From assembly GCF_009914755.1 (NCBI RefSeq), contig NC_060932.1: a stretch of 64,000 nucleotides of DNA; one strand, 5' to 3'. Shown one piece after another: positions 29,142-46,120 of the stretch; the first letter of the stretch is position 1, and each line of letters opens with the position of its first letter. The DNA is from the human T2T-CHM13v2.0 reference genome, Homo sapiens. Under the pieces are notes generated by a model, which did not search any database, was not told the origin of the DNA, and worked only from the letters and a program-made list of their open reading frames with translations. Both the position numbers and the translations under genes were made by a program.

Positions 29142-29386
29142 AAGATGAAGAAAATTTTGAAGCACCTGCCTTTCTAAATATGAGGAAGAGGAAGAGAGTT
29201 ACTTTTGGAGAGGACTTAAGCCCGGAAGTGTTTGATGAATCTTTGCCAGCAAATACTCCATTGCGTAAAGGAGGAACACCTGTTTGTAAAAAAGACTTCA
29301 GTGGTCTCAGTTCCCTGCTGCTTGAGCAGTCACCTGTTCCTGAGCCATTACCTCAACCAGATTTTGATGACAAGGGGGAGAATCTT
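29142..29386 (+). CDS. CDCA2: CDCA2 exon 10 (PP1-binding RVTF motif, Ki-67/Repo-Man-type domain)
   Basis: tatag|AAGAT...TCTT|GTAAGT; 245 nt; RKRKRVTFGEDLSPEVFDESLPANTPLRKGGTP; RVTF = aa 392-395 at 29195-29206. Confidence 0.97.
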
Positions 29387-29589
29387 GTAAGTATGAAAAG
29401 CGTGGAACAAGCTTGCCATATGTATTTTCATCAGGCTTCACCTGCTTTGCATGAGCAATAACTATGCTTTGAAATAATGAGATAGACTAAATGATATGCC
29501 ATGGTTTAAATTAATCTATTTTGTATGTAGGTTTTTATGAGTTTTTGCCCATTACAAATAATACTTCCCTGACTCCTTGTACATATTGA

Positions 29590-30356
29590 ACAGATTTATG
29601 CCAATGAATTTAACAACTTAGGTAAACTGGATACATTCCTTAGAAGACACAAATTACCAAAACTCACTAAAGGTGAAATAAATTACCTCATTATCCCTAT
29701 ATCAACTTAAGATATTTAAATTTTAGTTAAAACCTTCCCACAGAGAAAACTCTAGGTATAGATGATTTTTTTTTTTTTTTTTTTTGAGATAGGGTCTTAC
29801 TCTGTCACCCAAGCTGGAGTGCAGTGGTGCGGTCATGGCTCACTGCAGCCTCAACCTCCCAGGCTCAAGCTATCCTCCCATATCCTCCCGTCTTAGCCTC
29901 CCGAGTAGCTGGGACATGGGCACACATCACCATGCCTGGCTAGTTTTTGATGATTTTACTGATGAATACTACCAAACACTTGAGCAAGTTAAAATACTAA
30001 TTCTACACAAGTGTTTCCACAAATTGAAGGGGTAGGTTAATTGATGTCAGCATTGTGATTTCAGCATTAACCTGGTGCAAAATCAGACAGGCATTATAAG
30101 AGAAGAAAACTACAGTTCAGTATCCTTGTAAACATAGCAATATATAAAAAGATAATACATCATAACCATGTGAGATTTAGCCTTGGGCTGCAAAGCCATT
30201 TAATGTTTGAAAAACAATCAGTGTAATCTGCCTTGTTAAAAGACTAAGACAGAAATACGATCATCTGAGTAGTTGCAGAAAAAGCAGCACACCAACATGG
30301 CACATGTATACATAACAAACCTGCATGTTGTGCACATGCACCCTAAAACTTAAAGT

Positions 30357-30387
<31 letters not shown>

Positions 30388-30520
30388 GCATTTAACAAAA
30401 TATAGTATCCACTTCTCATTTAAAAAATAAAACCTCTGAGCAAAATGGTAATAAAAGAATTTCTTCAAATTGACTAATGTCTATGCAAAACCAACAGTTA
30501 ATGTCTTACCAACAATTATG
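29590..30520 (+). mobile_element. Old L1 ORF2 fragment with a nested Alu arm (29765-29941, -) and a young L1PA 3' stub (~30286-30382)
   Basis: ACAAATTACCAAAACTCACT...; CAACATGGCACATGTATACAT...AAAACTTAAAGTATAATAAT with an AAAAAGCA duplication. Confidence 0.8.
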
Positions 30521-30927
30521 TGGAAAAGATTTGCTATCTGTATTTATATTGCCATCTTACTCTGGAGTTCCCTGAATAACATTATAACGTTAGATTGTGT
30601 TTATGAATGAATTTTTAAATTTTCTTTATAGGAGTTAGAAATTTAGCAGTAGATCATTATGTGTACTTTCGCTTATAAATTTTCTTAGTAGTTTGATGGA
30701 TTGCAGTTAGTAAGCATTTCATTGCAAACATGATTGGTAAATGGTATACATATATTTTTCTATTCAATATCTTTGTTTTGCTTTGAATTTTAGAATCTTT
30801 TATTGATTACCCATCTTTATGCTTATTATAGTTTCTCCTACCAAAATAAATTCTTACTCTTCTTTTGGGCACATTATGTATTCACTGCATTTAAAGATAT
30901 CTAACTTCTGTCTTTTCCTTTGTTTAG

Positions 30928-31006
30928 GAAAACATAGAACCACTTCAAGTATCATTTGCCGTTCTCAGTTCTCCTAATAAATCATCAATCTCTGAGACCC
31001 TTTCAG
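30928..31006 (+). CDS. CDCA2: CDCA2 exon 11
   Basis: tttag|GAAAAC...TCAG|GTAGTA; 79 nt. Confidence 0.92.
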
Positions 31007-31690
31007 GTAGTAACTTGTTTATCTTAAAATCATAAATGTCATTTTTTATATGTGTATATGTTGATTATTTTTGTTTTCTTTTAAAAATTTCATATTTGTT
31101 ACCACAACATATACTTGGTTTAAAAACACCTAATAGTATTGGGAAGCTGACATGAAGCTATTCATCCATCCCTTTTCCATTCCAAGCCTCATACTTCATA
31201 ATCACCCAGAATTTACTTCCTCAGATGGAATCCCCATTTTGTTAGTTGCTAGAAGCAATGGAGTTAGCCTCTCAACTCTTAAGTATCAGTGACAAACTGC
31301 TATTCACAGTTTACAGAATTGACATCTGGATTGTAAGGATCATTCTTAAATATCCAGACTTTTTCCTCAACATTCATTGTGGCGTTTTTAGCACATGTGC
31401 TTTCCAAGGTCTCTGGATTTTTTATGATTATGACAAAGCAACAGATTGCTCCCAGCTTTTCTGACAAACCAGGACTTAGCTGGCAGGTGTCATGGGCCAG
31501 GCACCTTTATTCAGGTGTCTTCCCTGGCGGAAACCCCTTAATGGCTTCTTGTTGACACAAACCAAACCTAGTAGACTCCAAGCCATGTGTTACTAAGTTA
31601 GAGCTAAAATTTGAATCACAGTCTATCACATTCCAAAGGCCAAACCCTTAAACACATTATACCACCTTTCATTTATATCATTAAAAGTCT

Positions 31691-32161
<471 letters not shown>

Positions 32162-32412
32162 CTATCTTAGCTTGGTAATATGTTAAGCAGTCACCATGGA
32201 AAGTGGCGAAAGTTTCTGAGTATCCAGTAAACTTAAAATTTTTTAAAACAAAAAAAAAAATTGGATTTCAAAATTTCTGCTGCTTGGCTCCTCTTTTTTT
32301 TGTTTAGATATGGTATTAAAGGTGGATATCCTAAACACAGTGTTTCCAAAGGAAGATGTATGTTATAGTTTTTGGTTTCCTACCCTGATTTAGCTTTTGT
32401 CTTGTTTATCAG

Positions 32413-32501
32413 GCACTGATACCTTTAGTTCTTCAAATAACCATGAGAAAATATCCTCTCCTAAAGTTGGTAGAATAACAAGGACTTCTAACAGAAGAAA
32501 T
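32413..32501 (+). CDS. CDCA2: CDCA2 exon 12
   Basis: atcag|GCACT...AAAT|GTAAGT; 89 nt. Confidence 0.93.
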
Positions 32502-32626
32502 GTAAGTGTTTGTGTTTGGCACAACGTATTTGTTTTTAAATCGTGCAATATACTTTTCTGTTTTCATGGCCAAATGATAATGGGTGAAATCTTAGTTTAA
32601 TCAGTGTCATTAAGAATTAATACTTT

Positions 32627-32929
<303 letters not shown>

Positions 32930-33718
32930 CTACCTAGCATGTAACCTATAAGGTGATAGTGTGTTTCTGATTTGATTTTAATTCTATTAGAAGAAAAATC
33001 TAGAAAGATGCTTTCAGAGCTGTGTTAACATGGAAGTTAACAAAATTTGTTTGGGATCTATATGATTTTATGAATTTCGTTGAGGTGAAAATGGAGAAGA
33101 TCAGCATGTAATTAACAGAACCAGAAAATAATATAAGTATAATCTTTTTTAAATTGTGCTTCAGTCTGTTTTTTAACACTGGGTTTCAACTGGGAGTTAT
33201 ATATAAGCATAACTCCCATTGAATGCATGTCTTTTGCTATTTCGTTAAATTAGATAAAATTTGGATTTTTGTTTATAACATCATAAAGTATAAACATATA
33301 CTGTTATGGGGTATTTAGCTTATAGGGTTGGATATTAAACCCAGGATTCAAACCTAGATAATCTAAAAATTCATGATTTTTTTCCCCATAACCCAGTAGT
33401 TAGGTGCTAAATTGTAGGTTCTTAATGAGTAGTTGATGAGTGAATAAATTAACGAATTCTTAAGCTGTTTTTTCTTTCTTCCCTAATATAATTGGGTAAT
33501 ATATGTATACTTCTGGGTCTGCATTTGATAGTTCAGAAATTGGTAATTACCATTTCCACCAATTTTCATCAAAGTGCTTTTAATAAGGTTTGTGAATTAA
33601 GAATAAATGGGATCTAAAGTGGTAGAAGCATCCTGGGAAGCACAACAAGAGTGAGAGCAGCACATTAACATGTAATTGCTTGTGCTTTACGGTATCCTAC
33701 TTTACACTTTCTTTATAG

Positions 33719-33856
33719 CAATTGGTCAGTGTTGTAGAAGAGAGTGTTTGCAACTTATTGAATACAGAAGTTCAGCCTTGTAAAGAAAAGAAAATTAATA
33801 GGAGGAAGTCTCAAGAAACAAAGTGTACAAAGAGAGCACTTCCTAAGAAGAGTCAG
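33719..33856 (+). CDS. CDCA2: CDCA2 exon 13
   Basis: tatag|CAATTG...TCAG|GTAAGC; 138 nt, phase 0-0. Confidence 0.93.
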
Positions 33857-36777
33857 GTAAGCATGTGTTTAAAGATATAATAAAGAGTAGAAGTGGTGTG
33901 TTTCCTTATTGTATAATTAGGAAAATATAGAAACACATTTTTTTCCAGTTGACTTTGGACCAAGATTATTAATGCAATCTTACCGTGGAGTAGAATGGGG
34001 TGGGGGGGTTATGTACTTAATTCTGAATTGCCTAAGGAACACTTTTGCGTCTTCTTCATCTTCTTGTGTTGCGTACTTCCTGCACAGTAAATTAATAGGC
34101 ACTCAAACCTGAAATTCTCATTCTCATCTTTGCATCTACCCCAACATATTACCCTATTGGGAATCCTGATTTTTTTAGGCAGGGATGAGTGTGCCGCTTG
34201 CTACTTCTTAGATTCTCTTCTTCCAGTTGCTGAATCAAATTTTTCCCTAAATTTAAGGGAAAGTTTAGAAACTAGCTCTCAGTCTTTCTTAACACTTCTG
34301 GTCGTCTCAGATACCCTTACAGTCCATGTGGTTAGCCAATTTAACACCTTAACCCAGTTCCTTTTCCTTCTCCAGCTCAGTGATCTGGACTCCACACTCC
34401 AAAGCCACCTACTCACTCTTGCTGCCATTCTTACAACTTGTTACTGCCCGTGTAGCAGTGCTCATTCTCTGACCCCCAACTTCCTGTCCATCCAGCCTAT
34501 TCACTCTCTTACTCTGCAGTTCCTTCTGTACTGCTAAGCTTTCAGATACACCTGAAGTTCATGTTTCCCTCTTCATCCTGAACTGAGTGAACTGTTTCCA
34601 ACTCTTGTCAGGAATCTCAATTCCGGATCCTTTTCCTTCCACCTCATCCATCCAGCAAAATTTCCAGTCTGACTGAGTTATCCTCTCTTCCATCTGACAT
34701 AGCCCCTAGAGACACTCACACAGGAGTTGGGGATAGTACTACTACACATTCACTGACATCTGGCCTTCTTCTTCACCACTTTGCCGCTTCACTTCATTTT
34801 TAATACTAAAGCCAGTGCATACTTTTCAGTTCTGTTCTTAATGGACATCTTAGCATTTGACATGATGGAACACTCCTGTACAGTCTCTAAGGTTTGTTTT
34901 CTGTCCCCCATTGTTAAATGTTTGTGTTTTCCAGAATTCTCTTCTTTGCCCTTGTAAATTGTTTATCTTCTGGGTAATTTCATACACAGCATGGTTAATG
35001 ACCATATATGAAGACCAGAACTTCCTGATCTGTAAATCTGTGTTCAACTACGTACTAGACATCTGTCTTTAACCATGCTATGTCAAAATCAGCATTTCTA
35101 AAACTAAACTTATCAACCTATACACCCACCCAAAACATTCCGTAAACTTCCTTCCCCCTCTATGAAATAAAAATGACTGCTTTTCTTGGTTGAGTAGCAC
35201 AGATATCCTTAAGTCATTAAATCCGGAAGGAACTAGGTGTTTTCCTGCTTTAGTTCCTTTTTAGGTCACACACTCTTGATAAAATGATGAAAGATTATCT
35301 TGCTGAAAAAATACCATTAATTCAAAAATATACATACAACTTATTACATTAGAAATTGATTTCCTTCGTGTGTGTGTGTATATATATTTTAAAGCACTCT
35401 TACAAAGAATATACACCTATTCATATAAAATTACGGCCAGAAAGTACAAAAAGGATTGAGCATTAAGTCACTGCAATCCCTCCCAGGACCTTGCTGAATT
35501 AATACCATTTAGGTACTAAAAGGAATACACTTAGAATAGCAATGAGAGGAGGAAAGGGATGAGGAGGGGTATTGAGAAGCCGACGACAGCCTTCAATGAA
35601 TTTCTAGAAGACCAAGCAGATGGGAGCATGTTGACAGATAAAAAAAGGTGGAAAGATTTACAGTTCAGAATGTGCTAGGAGGGAGCTAGAGAGGAGCTGG
35701 GAGCCGGCCTGTTCATGGGAATCCCAGGAGACCCTGGCCCAGAATTGGCAGGTACGATGGATGGTGAGAGTGAGAGGTGGTACTGAAAAACAGAGAAATG
35801 AATTGAAGTCCTATACGTGGGACAGTTTGCACCAGTTGGCACACCAGCCTCCTCCCACCCTGATGCTCAGAACAGATGTTGTCATCTAGATTAAAGCCCT
35901 CATTCTGGCATTTGGAAAGTCCCACAGTCTTGACAGCCAGCTCTTGCCCTAATGCAAATCCTGACAGTTGACCCTCCAGTATTCTGCCCCACCCTAGGTA
36001 GGATTTCCACGCAGGAAAGAGACTGAGCTGGAAAGCAGAGGAAACCTATATACCAACTTACCCAATCTTAAATAAGAAACAAGGCAATTGAATAGAACAA
36101 ATAGCATGAAAGTGAAAAGACCAATGTTAATAAGGTTAAAAACTGACTTCAGAGAAATAGGTTATTCAAGGAATAGAAGGAAATTTTACATACATAAATA
36201 CTCCACTCCAATTTAAGAAAATATCATCTGCATAAAAGTAAGGAGATACTATGAAAAAGGAATTGCAAAAACATAAAATTTAGTAGTTGGACAAAAGAAT
36301 TAAAGTTAAGGAAAGTCTCCCAGAAGATAGAGCAAAAGAAAGACTGGAAACGAGAATCTAGGAGACACCATAGGACTCTTAGGAAAAAGAAGGAGAAAAT
36401 AGAATGGGAGAAGTCATCCAAATAAAAGAAGAGGATTTCCCAAAAATAGAATGGAAGAAATTATTCAAATAAGAGGATTTCCTAGAACTGAAGAAAGGAG
36501 TCTTCAAGTTAAAAGCGCCCACTGAATACCTGGTACAATGAAGAAGGGCCAGGGGGTAGGCCTGTAACTGTGAAACTGAACAATAAGGATAATGAGGAAA
36601 GTGGGCTTTTCCTACAGAGAAATAAGAACCAGAGTGGCATCAAGACTAGCAATAGCCGGAAAGCTACAAAATCATACAAGAGTTCATTTAAAGCTTAGAA
36701 GAAAATTTCAACCGAGTATTCTACACCCAGCCAGTCTCAATTAAGTGTGAAGGAAAAAATAAAAGACATTTGAGTGT

Positions 36778-37417
<640 letters not shown>

Positions 37418-38039
37418 AGAAAGTTATTTTTCTTTGGATGCTACTGGAGGAGGAACTCTAGCAAAATGAGGAACTAAGCTTAAGAATTCAGGACACAACG
37501 GATCTAACAATACAAGAGCGCAATCAAAGGGAAATCGCTGGTTGTAGCTGTTCAGCCAGCCTAGAAGAGCAACCAGTCCAAATTTGAGCAGGGAGAAGGA
37601 GCTGGAGCTAAAAAACGGAAAAGACCTGTGATTGAAAGAATGAATGGTATGAAAGGTATGTCACATAAGAAAAAAACGGTAATTATATACCATTTCAAAT
37701 AAAAGTCTATATAAAAGTTTTAGAGTAAATATGAAGGAAACATTACTGTGATTTCAAGCAATAATGCAGTATAAGGAAAAGTAGATTTTATAGTGCTAGG
37801 AATCATCTCCCTCAAGGGGCCCAGAGGAGAAGAAAAGAGTATGAAAGCTGTACTTGGCAGAGCCGTGAAAAATGTTTGCAGTCATAATAATACAGATGCT
37901 ATTTGTTTTCAACTAAGGACGAAGCTTTTAACAACTTGGTTGTTGTGCAGGACAATGTGAGTATTAACAATCTAATGATAGGAAAATGTAGTTAATAGCA
38001 GAAGGTGAAAAGTGAGTTAAGGTAGAAACAAGGGGGCTA

Positions 38040-38260
38040 ATGGTGTGCTGGCAAGAGTGCAGACTCTGGACCAGACCCCTGGGTTTAAATCCTGGGTTCA
38101 TTCCTGCCTCCAGTGCAATGCTGGGTAAAATTCTGGACTCTGTTTTGTTTGTGTGTTTGTTTGTTTGTAAAACAGTGGTGGAAATGGATGTTAGAAGCTT
38201 CTGAATCTTAATGAATTCATGCATGCTCAACTCTTAGAACAGTGCCTGGCCATAGTAAGC
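38040..38260 (+). mobile_element. MIR
   Basis: GACTCTGGACCAGACCCCTGGGTTTAAATCCTG...CTTAGAACAGTGCCTGGCCATAGTAAGC. Confidence 0.7.
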
Positions 38261-38469
38261 TTTGTGGTCATTATCATCATTATCATGAGACATTCAAGAT
38301 ATATATTTTAAAATTTAATGAAAAGAAATAGAAATATAAAAGTTCAATGTTTACCAACTGAAGAGCCACAATTAACATAGAAAAGAGGCAGGTTTGGTTT
38401 TAAATGAGCAGTTTTTTCATCTTTCATAGCAAGATGTTGACAGATAACTAAAATTAGATTAAATGCCAC

Positions 38470-39270
38470 TTCTCAACCAGAAGTAGCATTAGAATCCTCA
38501 AGAGTAAATTCCTTTATAAACCAGAAATGGAGAAAGTTCCCAAAGTGTGACTCAAAAACCAGAAACAGTGAGGGCAAAGGATTGGTGAATTTGATATCTT
38601 TTGAACCATACAGCATGGAGCATGCGTAAAGAAAAAAATCCCCATAAGAAAATTTAAAAGACAAAGAACAAGCTTGGGAAAAGTATTTGCAACTCATATC
38701 AGACACCAAGGATTAATGTCACTAATATTTGAAGAGCTTCTAAATTACTTAGAAAGGAACAGTCTTCAAAAGATAACAAAACATTTACAAAACTGAAATG
38801 AAAATGACCTTCAGCACAGGAAGAAAATGTTCAGACTTCCTCATCATAAGAGAATTGCAGCTGTAACGTGCATTGAGATGCCGTTTCTCACCTTTTAGAT
38901 TACCAAAAATCTGAAAGTTGACAGCATACTCACGTGGTAAGGCTATGGGGCAAACAGGCACACTCATACATTTTCTGCTAAAGCAGACCTCTGTGGAGGA
39001 GTATTTGGCAGTATCTGGCCAAATTAAATACTCATTTGTCCTTTGACCCAACAGGCCTATTTCTAGGAATCCATCTCAAAGATCCACTGATCAAAATACA
39101 AAAATATATGTTTATTTATTGCAGCATTCTTTGTAAAGCAAAAGACTAAAAGCAAACCATATGCTCATCAATATGAGACTTGTTGAAAAAACTATGGTGT
39201 TTCCACAAAGCGAGTATTAGGCAGCTGTAGAAAGTTGTGAAGAGAACTTCCATACACTTCTATACAGTGA
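38470..39270 (+). mobile_element. Old L1 (L1ME-like) 3' ORF2 fragment
   Basis: GGGAAAAGTATTTGCAACTCATATC...TTTCTAGGAATCCATCTCAAAG. Confidence 0.65.
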
Positions 39271-39282
39271 TGCCAAGGGGAC

Positions 39283-39781
39283 ACAGATGGCCCTCTATAT
39301 ACTGTTGTCCAGCATCTGTGGTTGGTTGAATCAAAAACACTCAGGGCTGGGTGAGGTGGCTCACACCTGTAATCTCAGCACTTTGGGAGGCTGATATTGG
39401 AGGATTGCTTGAGGCCAGTAGTGCGAGACCAGCCTGGTCAACATAGCACAACCCCATCTGTATTTTCTTAATATATTACTTAAAAAAAAAAATTCAGAAA
39501 AACCCAATAACAATACAACAATTAAAAAAATAAAAATTTTAAAATACAGCATATTAACTATGTAGCATTTATATTGTATTTGGTGTTAAGTCATCTAGAG
39601 ATGCTTTAAAGCATAGTTATTATGCTGTATTTTTACAGTATAATGCTGTAAAAGGAAGTTTACATATGCTCTATGCAAATACTGTGCCATTTTATGTCGG
39701 GGACTTGAGTATCTGCAGATTTTTGGTATCCACAGGAGGTCCTGGAACCAATTTCCCTACAGATACTGAGGGATGACTGTG
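39283..39781. mobile_element. MER2-like element with an inserted Alu monomer (39345-39492, +)
   Basis: Ends GGAACCAATTTCCCTACAGATACTGAGGGATGACTG. Confidence 0.78.
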
Positions 39782-39836
39782 TTTACTGTTAAAATGAAAA
39801 AAGCATGTTATAAAACAATATATGTGGTCAACTACT

Positions 39837-40245
39837 GGTTATGGACTGAATTGTGTCCCTTCCCAAATTTATATATTGAAGTCCTAACTCCCAGGATCTC
39901 AGAATGTGACTGTATTTGGAGATTTGGTCTTTAAAATAGTTATTAATTTAAAATGAGATCCATAGGGTGGGTCCTAATCCACTCTGACTGGTGTTCTTAT
40001 AAGAGGAGGAAATTCGGACCCACATAAGGACACCAGGGACGAGTGTGCATTGAGAAATAACCATGTGAGGACACAGCAAGAAGGTGGCCATCTGAAGGCC
40101 AAGGAGAGAGGCCCCAAGAGACACCAGCCCTGCCAACACCCTGATCTTGCACTGCTAGCCTCCAGAACTGGGAGAAAATTAGTTTCTGTTGTTTGAACTA
40201 CCTAGTTTGTGACATTTTATTACAGTAGCCTTACAAACTAATACA
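39837..40245 (+). mobile_element. MaLR solo LTR (MLT1B-like)
   Basis: TTATGGACTGAATTGTGTCCC...GAATGTGACTGTATTTGGAGAT...CAGTAGCCTTACAAACTAATACA. Confidence 0.88.
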
Positions 40246-40585
40246 TTACCCTTTGTCTAAGAAAGTAGAGTACACATATAGTTTTGATTTTTCAGTTGAA
40301 GAATAAACCAAAGAGAAATAAAAAACTGGCTATAGGGAGAAGGGAGGAGACAGGAGAGAATGTGAATGCAAGCTAGACTTCGTTAAGTGTGTACTGTTTT
40401 TCAGTTTTGATTGTGGGACCATTTAAATGTTTTACCTGACTATGAAACAAAACTAAAACTAGTAGAAAGAGAACAATCTCTAATAAGCGAAAGCAAAATT
40501 TGACAAATTCTTACTACGTCAAGTTGGTGGCTTAACTTCATTAAGAATTTTTTCAAACCTAGAAATTTGAATATAAGTGGGATAA

Positions 40586-40886
<301 letters not shown>

Positions 40887-41649
40887 CTATAAGGGGGATA
40901 AATCTTAAGGACAAAAATAACTGCAAAGAAATTATAAACAGTATGAAACACTCAATAGAAGCACTGAATTTAGAATAAAGCAAATAAGCAATTTTTCCCA
41001 TCATTAAGAATCAAGATGTTCACTAAGAGACAAAAGATATATTTTTAAATCCAACAAATTTAAAACTTTGGAAGACTAAATTTGAATTGGAAATAAGAGT
41101 AGAAACTCATTTTATTTTCCATTTAAAAGAATTGTCCAGCTCTATCCATTGATAAAGCTTAAAATTCATGAGCATCCCTGGTGCATAGATTATCATTAGA
41201 CATACCAGTTAAAAGGGGTTAGGGTCCCTTGGTGAAATGGCTGCTTTCAGATTTACAACAACAAATTTAATAAGTGAGCCTGGTTGGGTCTGTACCAGAG
41301 TACAAGGAAGGATGCTAAAAAAAACTACTGGTGTCATGTTAACAGACACAAATCCATCTTCAAGGGACTTACACTGACCAGATATGATCATCAGCATTGC
41401 AAAGCATTGAAGTACAATCATGAAATAACACATAAGTTTATTACTTTTTTTTAATTAATGGACACTTTAGAAGCTTGCTAGGATACCCACTCATTTTTCT
41501 GATAACAGGAAAATAAAATTTGAGCTCTATTTCAGGTAAACAAATAGTTGATGAGGGAAAAGTTGTTTATAGAAGAATTTCAGGTAATAAAAGAAATGCT
41601 CAACAAAGCTGCTTAAAACGTTTGATAAAAGGCTGATGTGACATAGTAA

Positions 41650-43010
41650 CAATCAACAGAGGAAAGAAACACCGTATAGAATGGGAGAAGATACTGTAAC
41701 TACAAACCATACATCTGATAAGGGGTTAATAGCCAAAATGTATAAGAAACTCAAACAGCTCATTAGCAAGAACACACCAATTTAAAAATGGTCAAAGGTC
41801 CAGAATAGACAGTTCTCAAAAGACATGCAAATGGCTAACATCACTAATCATCAGGGAAATGCAAATTAAAACCACAATGAGATATCACTGGCTATTATCA
41901 AGCAGATGAAAGATTACAAGTGTTGGAGAGGATATGGAGAAAAGGGAATCCTTTGTACACTATCAATAGGAATGTAAATTGCTACAGCCTGTTTTGATTG
42001 GCAAAGTCAACTAAAAATATAGAACTGAATCTCTAAACAAAATGTTTTATTTGGGAAAACGTAATTGCAGTTTGGGGCAAACACACAGACCGAGGTGGTC
42101 TTTGATATGTCCTAAGAACGTAGAAAGTTGGGGTTTTTAGTAGAAAAAGAAATGTTACATATTATTTAGAAAAAAAACTCACTGGCCCTAAGCAAAATTT
42201 TGGGGAGCTGGTAAACTCTGGTGAGTGATGGTGGTAGTTAAATTTAGTCTTACAGTCCCAAGTGCTTTTTTTCCCCTGGTCTCTGGACTCTAGTTGTTTA
42301 TGACACAGTGACTCCAAATAATCCATTTTCACAAGCCATTGTGGGAAACATTACGGGGGTTCCTCAAAAAATTAAAAATAGAACTACCATATGATCCAGC
42401 AAATCCCACTTCTGGGTATGTATCCAAAGGAAATCAGTATATCAAAGAGCGATAATCAAGTTACAGACTCAAGCTGAGTATCCATCAACAGGTGAATGGA
42501 TAAAGAAAAAATATGTGTGTACACACACAACAAAATGCTATTCAGCCTTAAAGAAATCCTGTCATTTTGACAGCATAGAAGGACCTTAAGGGCATTACGT
42601 TAAGTAAAATAGTCCAGGCACAGAGAGACAAGAAGATCTTACTTACATGTGGAATCTTTAAAAAAAAAAAAATAAAAAAATAAAAAAAACTCACAGAAGC
42701 TGAGAATAGAATGGTGGTTGTCAGGGGGGCTAGTGGCTTGAGTGGTGGGGGATGAGGAGATGTTGGTTCAAGGGTACAAAGTTTCAGTTAGGATGAGTAA
42801 GTTCTGGAGATCTGTTGTACAGCATGGTGACTAGGAAATAATAATGTATATGGGAAAATTGCTAAGAGATGACATTGTAAGTGTTCTTGCCATAAAATAA
42901 TTATGTGAAGTGGTGGATATGTTAGTTTAATCATTTCCCAATGTGTACATATGTCAAAACCTCTCATCCACCATGCTATATGCAATTTTTAATTTGTTGG
43001 TTATACAATT
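41650..43010 (+). mobile_element. L1MA-type 3' portion
   Basis: ORF2 end and 3'UTR: AAAATAGAACTACCATATGATCCAGC...GGGTACAAAGTTTCAGTTAG. Confidence 0.85.
41990..42333 (-). mobile_element. ERV1-class solo LTR (MER93-like) inserted in the L1
   Basis: TG...CA termini, 4-bp TSD AGCC, and the L1 resumes directly afterwards. Confidence 0.7.
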
Positions 43011-43320
43011 GTATTCAAATTTGTCCATCAAAACTGAATCTAATCAAGCTTCTAGATCTAATTACCAATTTATAGGACATGGAGGAACATAGACTCACCT
43101 ACTGTAGTGAGCCAAATCTAGGACTTGGCTAATTCTATAGGAAAAATGCCTCAATTTACTCACCAAATAAATGTCAAGGGAAGTAAAAAAGGAGCCATAG
43201 AATAAAAGAGACTAAAAGACATGAATCAAATGGTATGTGTGGAGATCTTATTGGGGTCCTGATTAGAACAGTTGTTTTAGAAAAAGAAATTATGGGCCAA
43301 GGGAGAAATTTGAACTTTGA

Positions 43321-44090
<770 letters not shown>

Positions 44091-44466
44091 TAATTGTCTC
44101 TAATAGAAAAAGAACCTTTAACTCTTCAAGACACTGCAGGATTTTCAGATGAAATGATGTGTAACGTCTGGGATTTGCTTTAAAATAATCTGGGGTTAGG
44201 GGAGTATAGATGAATCATGATTTCTATGTGCTAGTAATTGTTGAAGTAGCTGATGGGTACATGGGGTTCTGTACTTTTTGGGTGTTTGAAATTTTCCATA
44301 ATCAAAAGTTAAAAATATAGCAGTATGAGCCCTTTATCAGAGAGAGGGAGCTAACTGCAAGAGCTAAAAGTGGAGCCAGCAGATAAGTAAGCACCAGGGG
44401 CAGGCAAGTGTGTGCTTGATCACCGTAACCTCTCCTATATGGTGTGATTTGTTGCCATGTCCATGA

Positions 44467-44775
<309 letters not shown>

Positions 44776-45679
44776 TAGTTTTTAAAAATTTTAAAGCTAT
44801 TCTCTGAAAATAATTTAAAGAAGTCTTAATTATGCAAATAAGACAAAAGATAAACATTTACTTCTGCCTCCTGACCTCCTTCACTGTGTGAGAAGAGGAA
44901 TCAGTGATTTTGGAGTAAACGAAATTGCTTTAGGGACAATCCCTTCAGTTGTTCTTTGGCGATTCTAAGCCATAATCCACCCTAACCATTTATTGATCAA
45001 ATGGCTTCCCCCGGGGGTTCCAAGCATATACAACTTCTTCTGTTATTACACTATCAGCAAGGCTTTTGTACTGTGGTGAATTCAGATTTTGATAAGTTTG
45101 TGGCCTTTGCTGATGAAATCTTCTCATGACTAAGATCAGCTCTGCCAGATGTATTTTCAGGACAGACAGACAAACCTGAGGTGCTTTAATTGTTCTTTTT
45201 TGGGAGAGGTGGGGTGGTAATATACTTCTCTTGGCCCATGACCATGAAAAAACAGAAATTTAGTCTTTCAATCATGTTGAGCAAATTTTATGTAAGCTTA
45301 ACTGTACTTCTTTGACCATTCATTCATTCATTCATTCGTATTTGTGGAGTAGCCACTGTGTGCTTGGCACTGTTGTAGATCCAGGGACATAACTTCCAAA
45401 ATCATGTGAAGAGGGGATCTTTTTTTTTTTTTTTTTTTCCCATATATCAGAAGCTATTCTGGCGATTATAATCTGGTGGCATTGCCCACAGTGTATTAAC
45501 TGACCACACTGGGTCTATGCCCTACAATAATACTAATAACATAATTTAATATTAAAAATTAAAAGTATATGAAGTAATGGATATGTTCATTAGCTTGATT
45601 TAATCATTCCACAGTGCGTACATATATCAAAATATGGTGTTGTATGCCATACGTATATTCAATTTTTGTCAATTAAAAC

Positions 45680-45841
45680 TTTTTTTTCTATCTTTTAAAA
45701 AGGGTCACTCTGTTGCCCAGGCTGGAGTGCAATGGTGCAATCATAACTCACCGCCGCCTCAACCTCCTGTGTTCAAGCAGTCCTCCTGCCTCAGCCTCCT
45801 GAGGAGCTAGGACTACATGTGTGTGCCACCATGCCTGGCTA
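45680..45841 (-). mobile_element. Alu right-arm fragment
   Basis: GTTGCCCAGGCTGGAGTGCAATGG...CCATGCCTGGCT. Confidence 0.88.
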
Positions 45842-45914
45842 AAAAAAATAAAGTTGTCATGTTTTTCCTCATATTAACTCTCAAGTAATGGAAAAGAATT
45901 TGAAAGAACAAGAT

Positions 45915-46120
45915 AGCTTTTACCATGGGTCAGGCCCTACATTAACCAGCTCTATCACATGTCAACTCATTTAATATTCCCCACAGCTTTATGTGGAGTG
46001 TGCTGTTGTGATTTCTGTTTTGCAGAGGAGAATGAGGTACAGAAAGTTGACTTGCCCAGGGTTATAAAACAGTTAAGTAACAGAGTCAAGACTTTAACCC
46101 AAAGTATCTGCCACCAGAGG
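45915..46120 (-). mobile_element. MIR
   Basis: TTTTGCAGAGGAGAATGAGGTACAGAAAGTTGACTTGCCCAGGGT. Confidence 0.7.
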
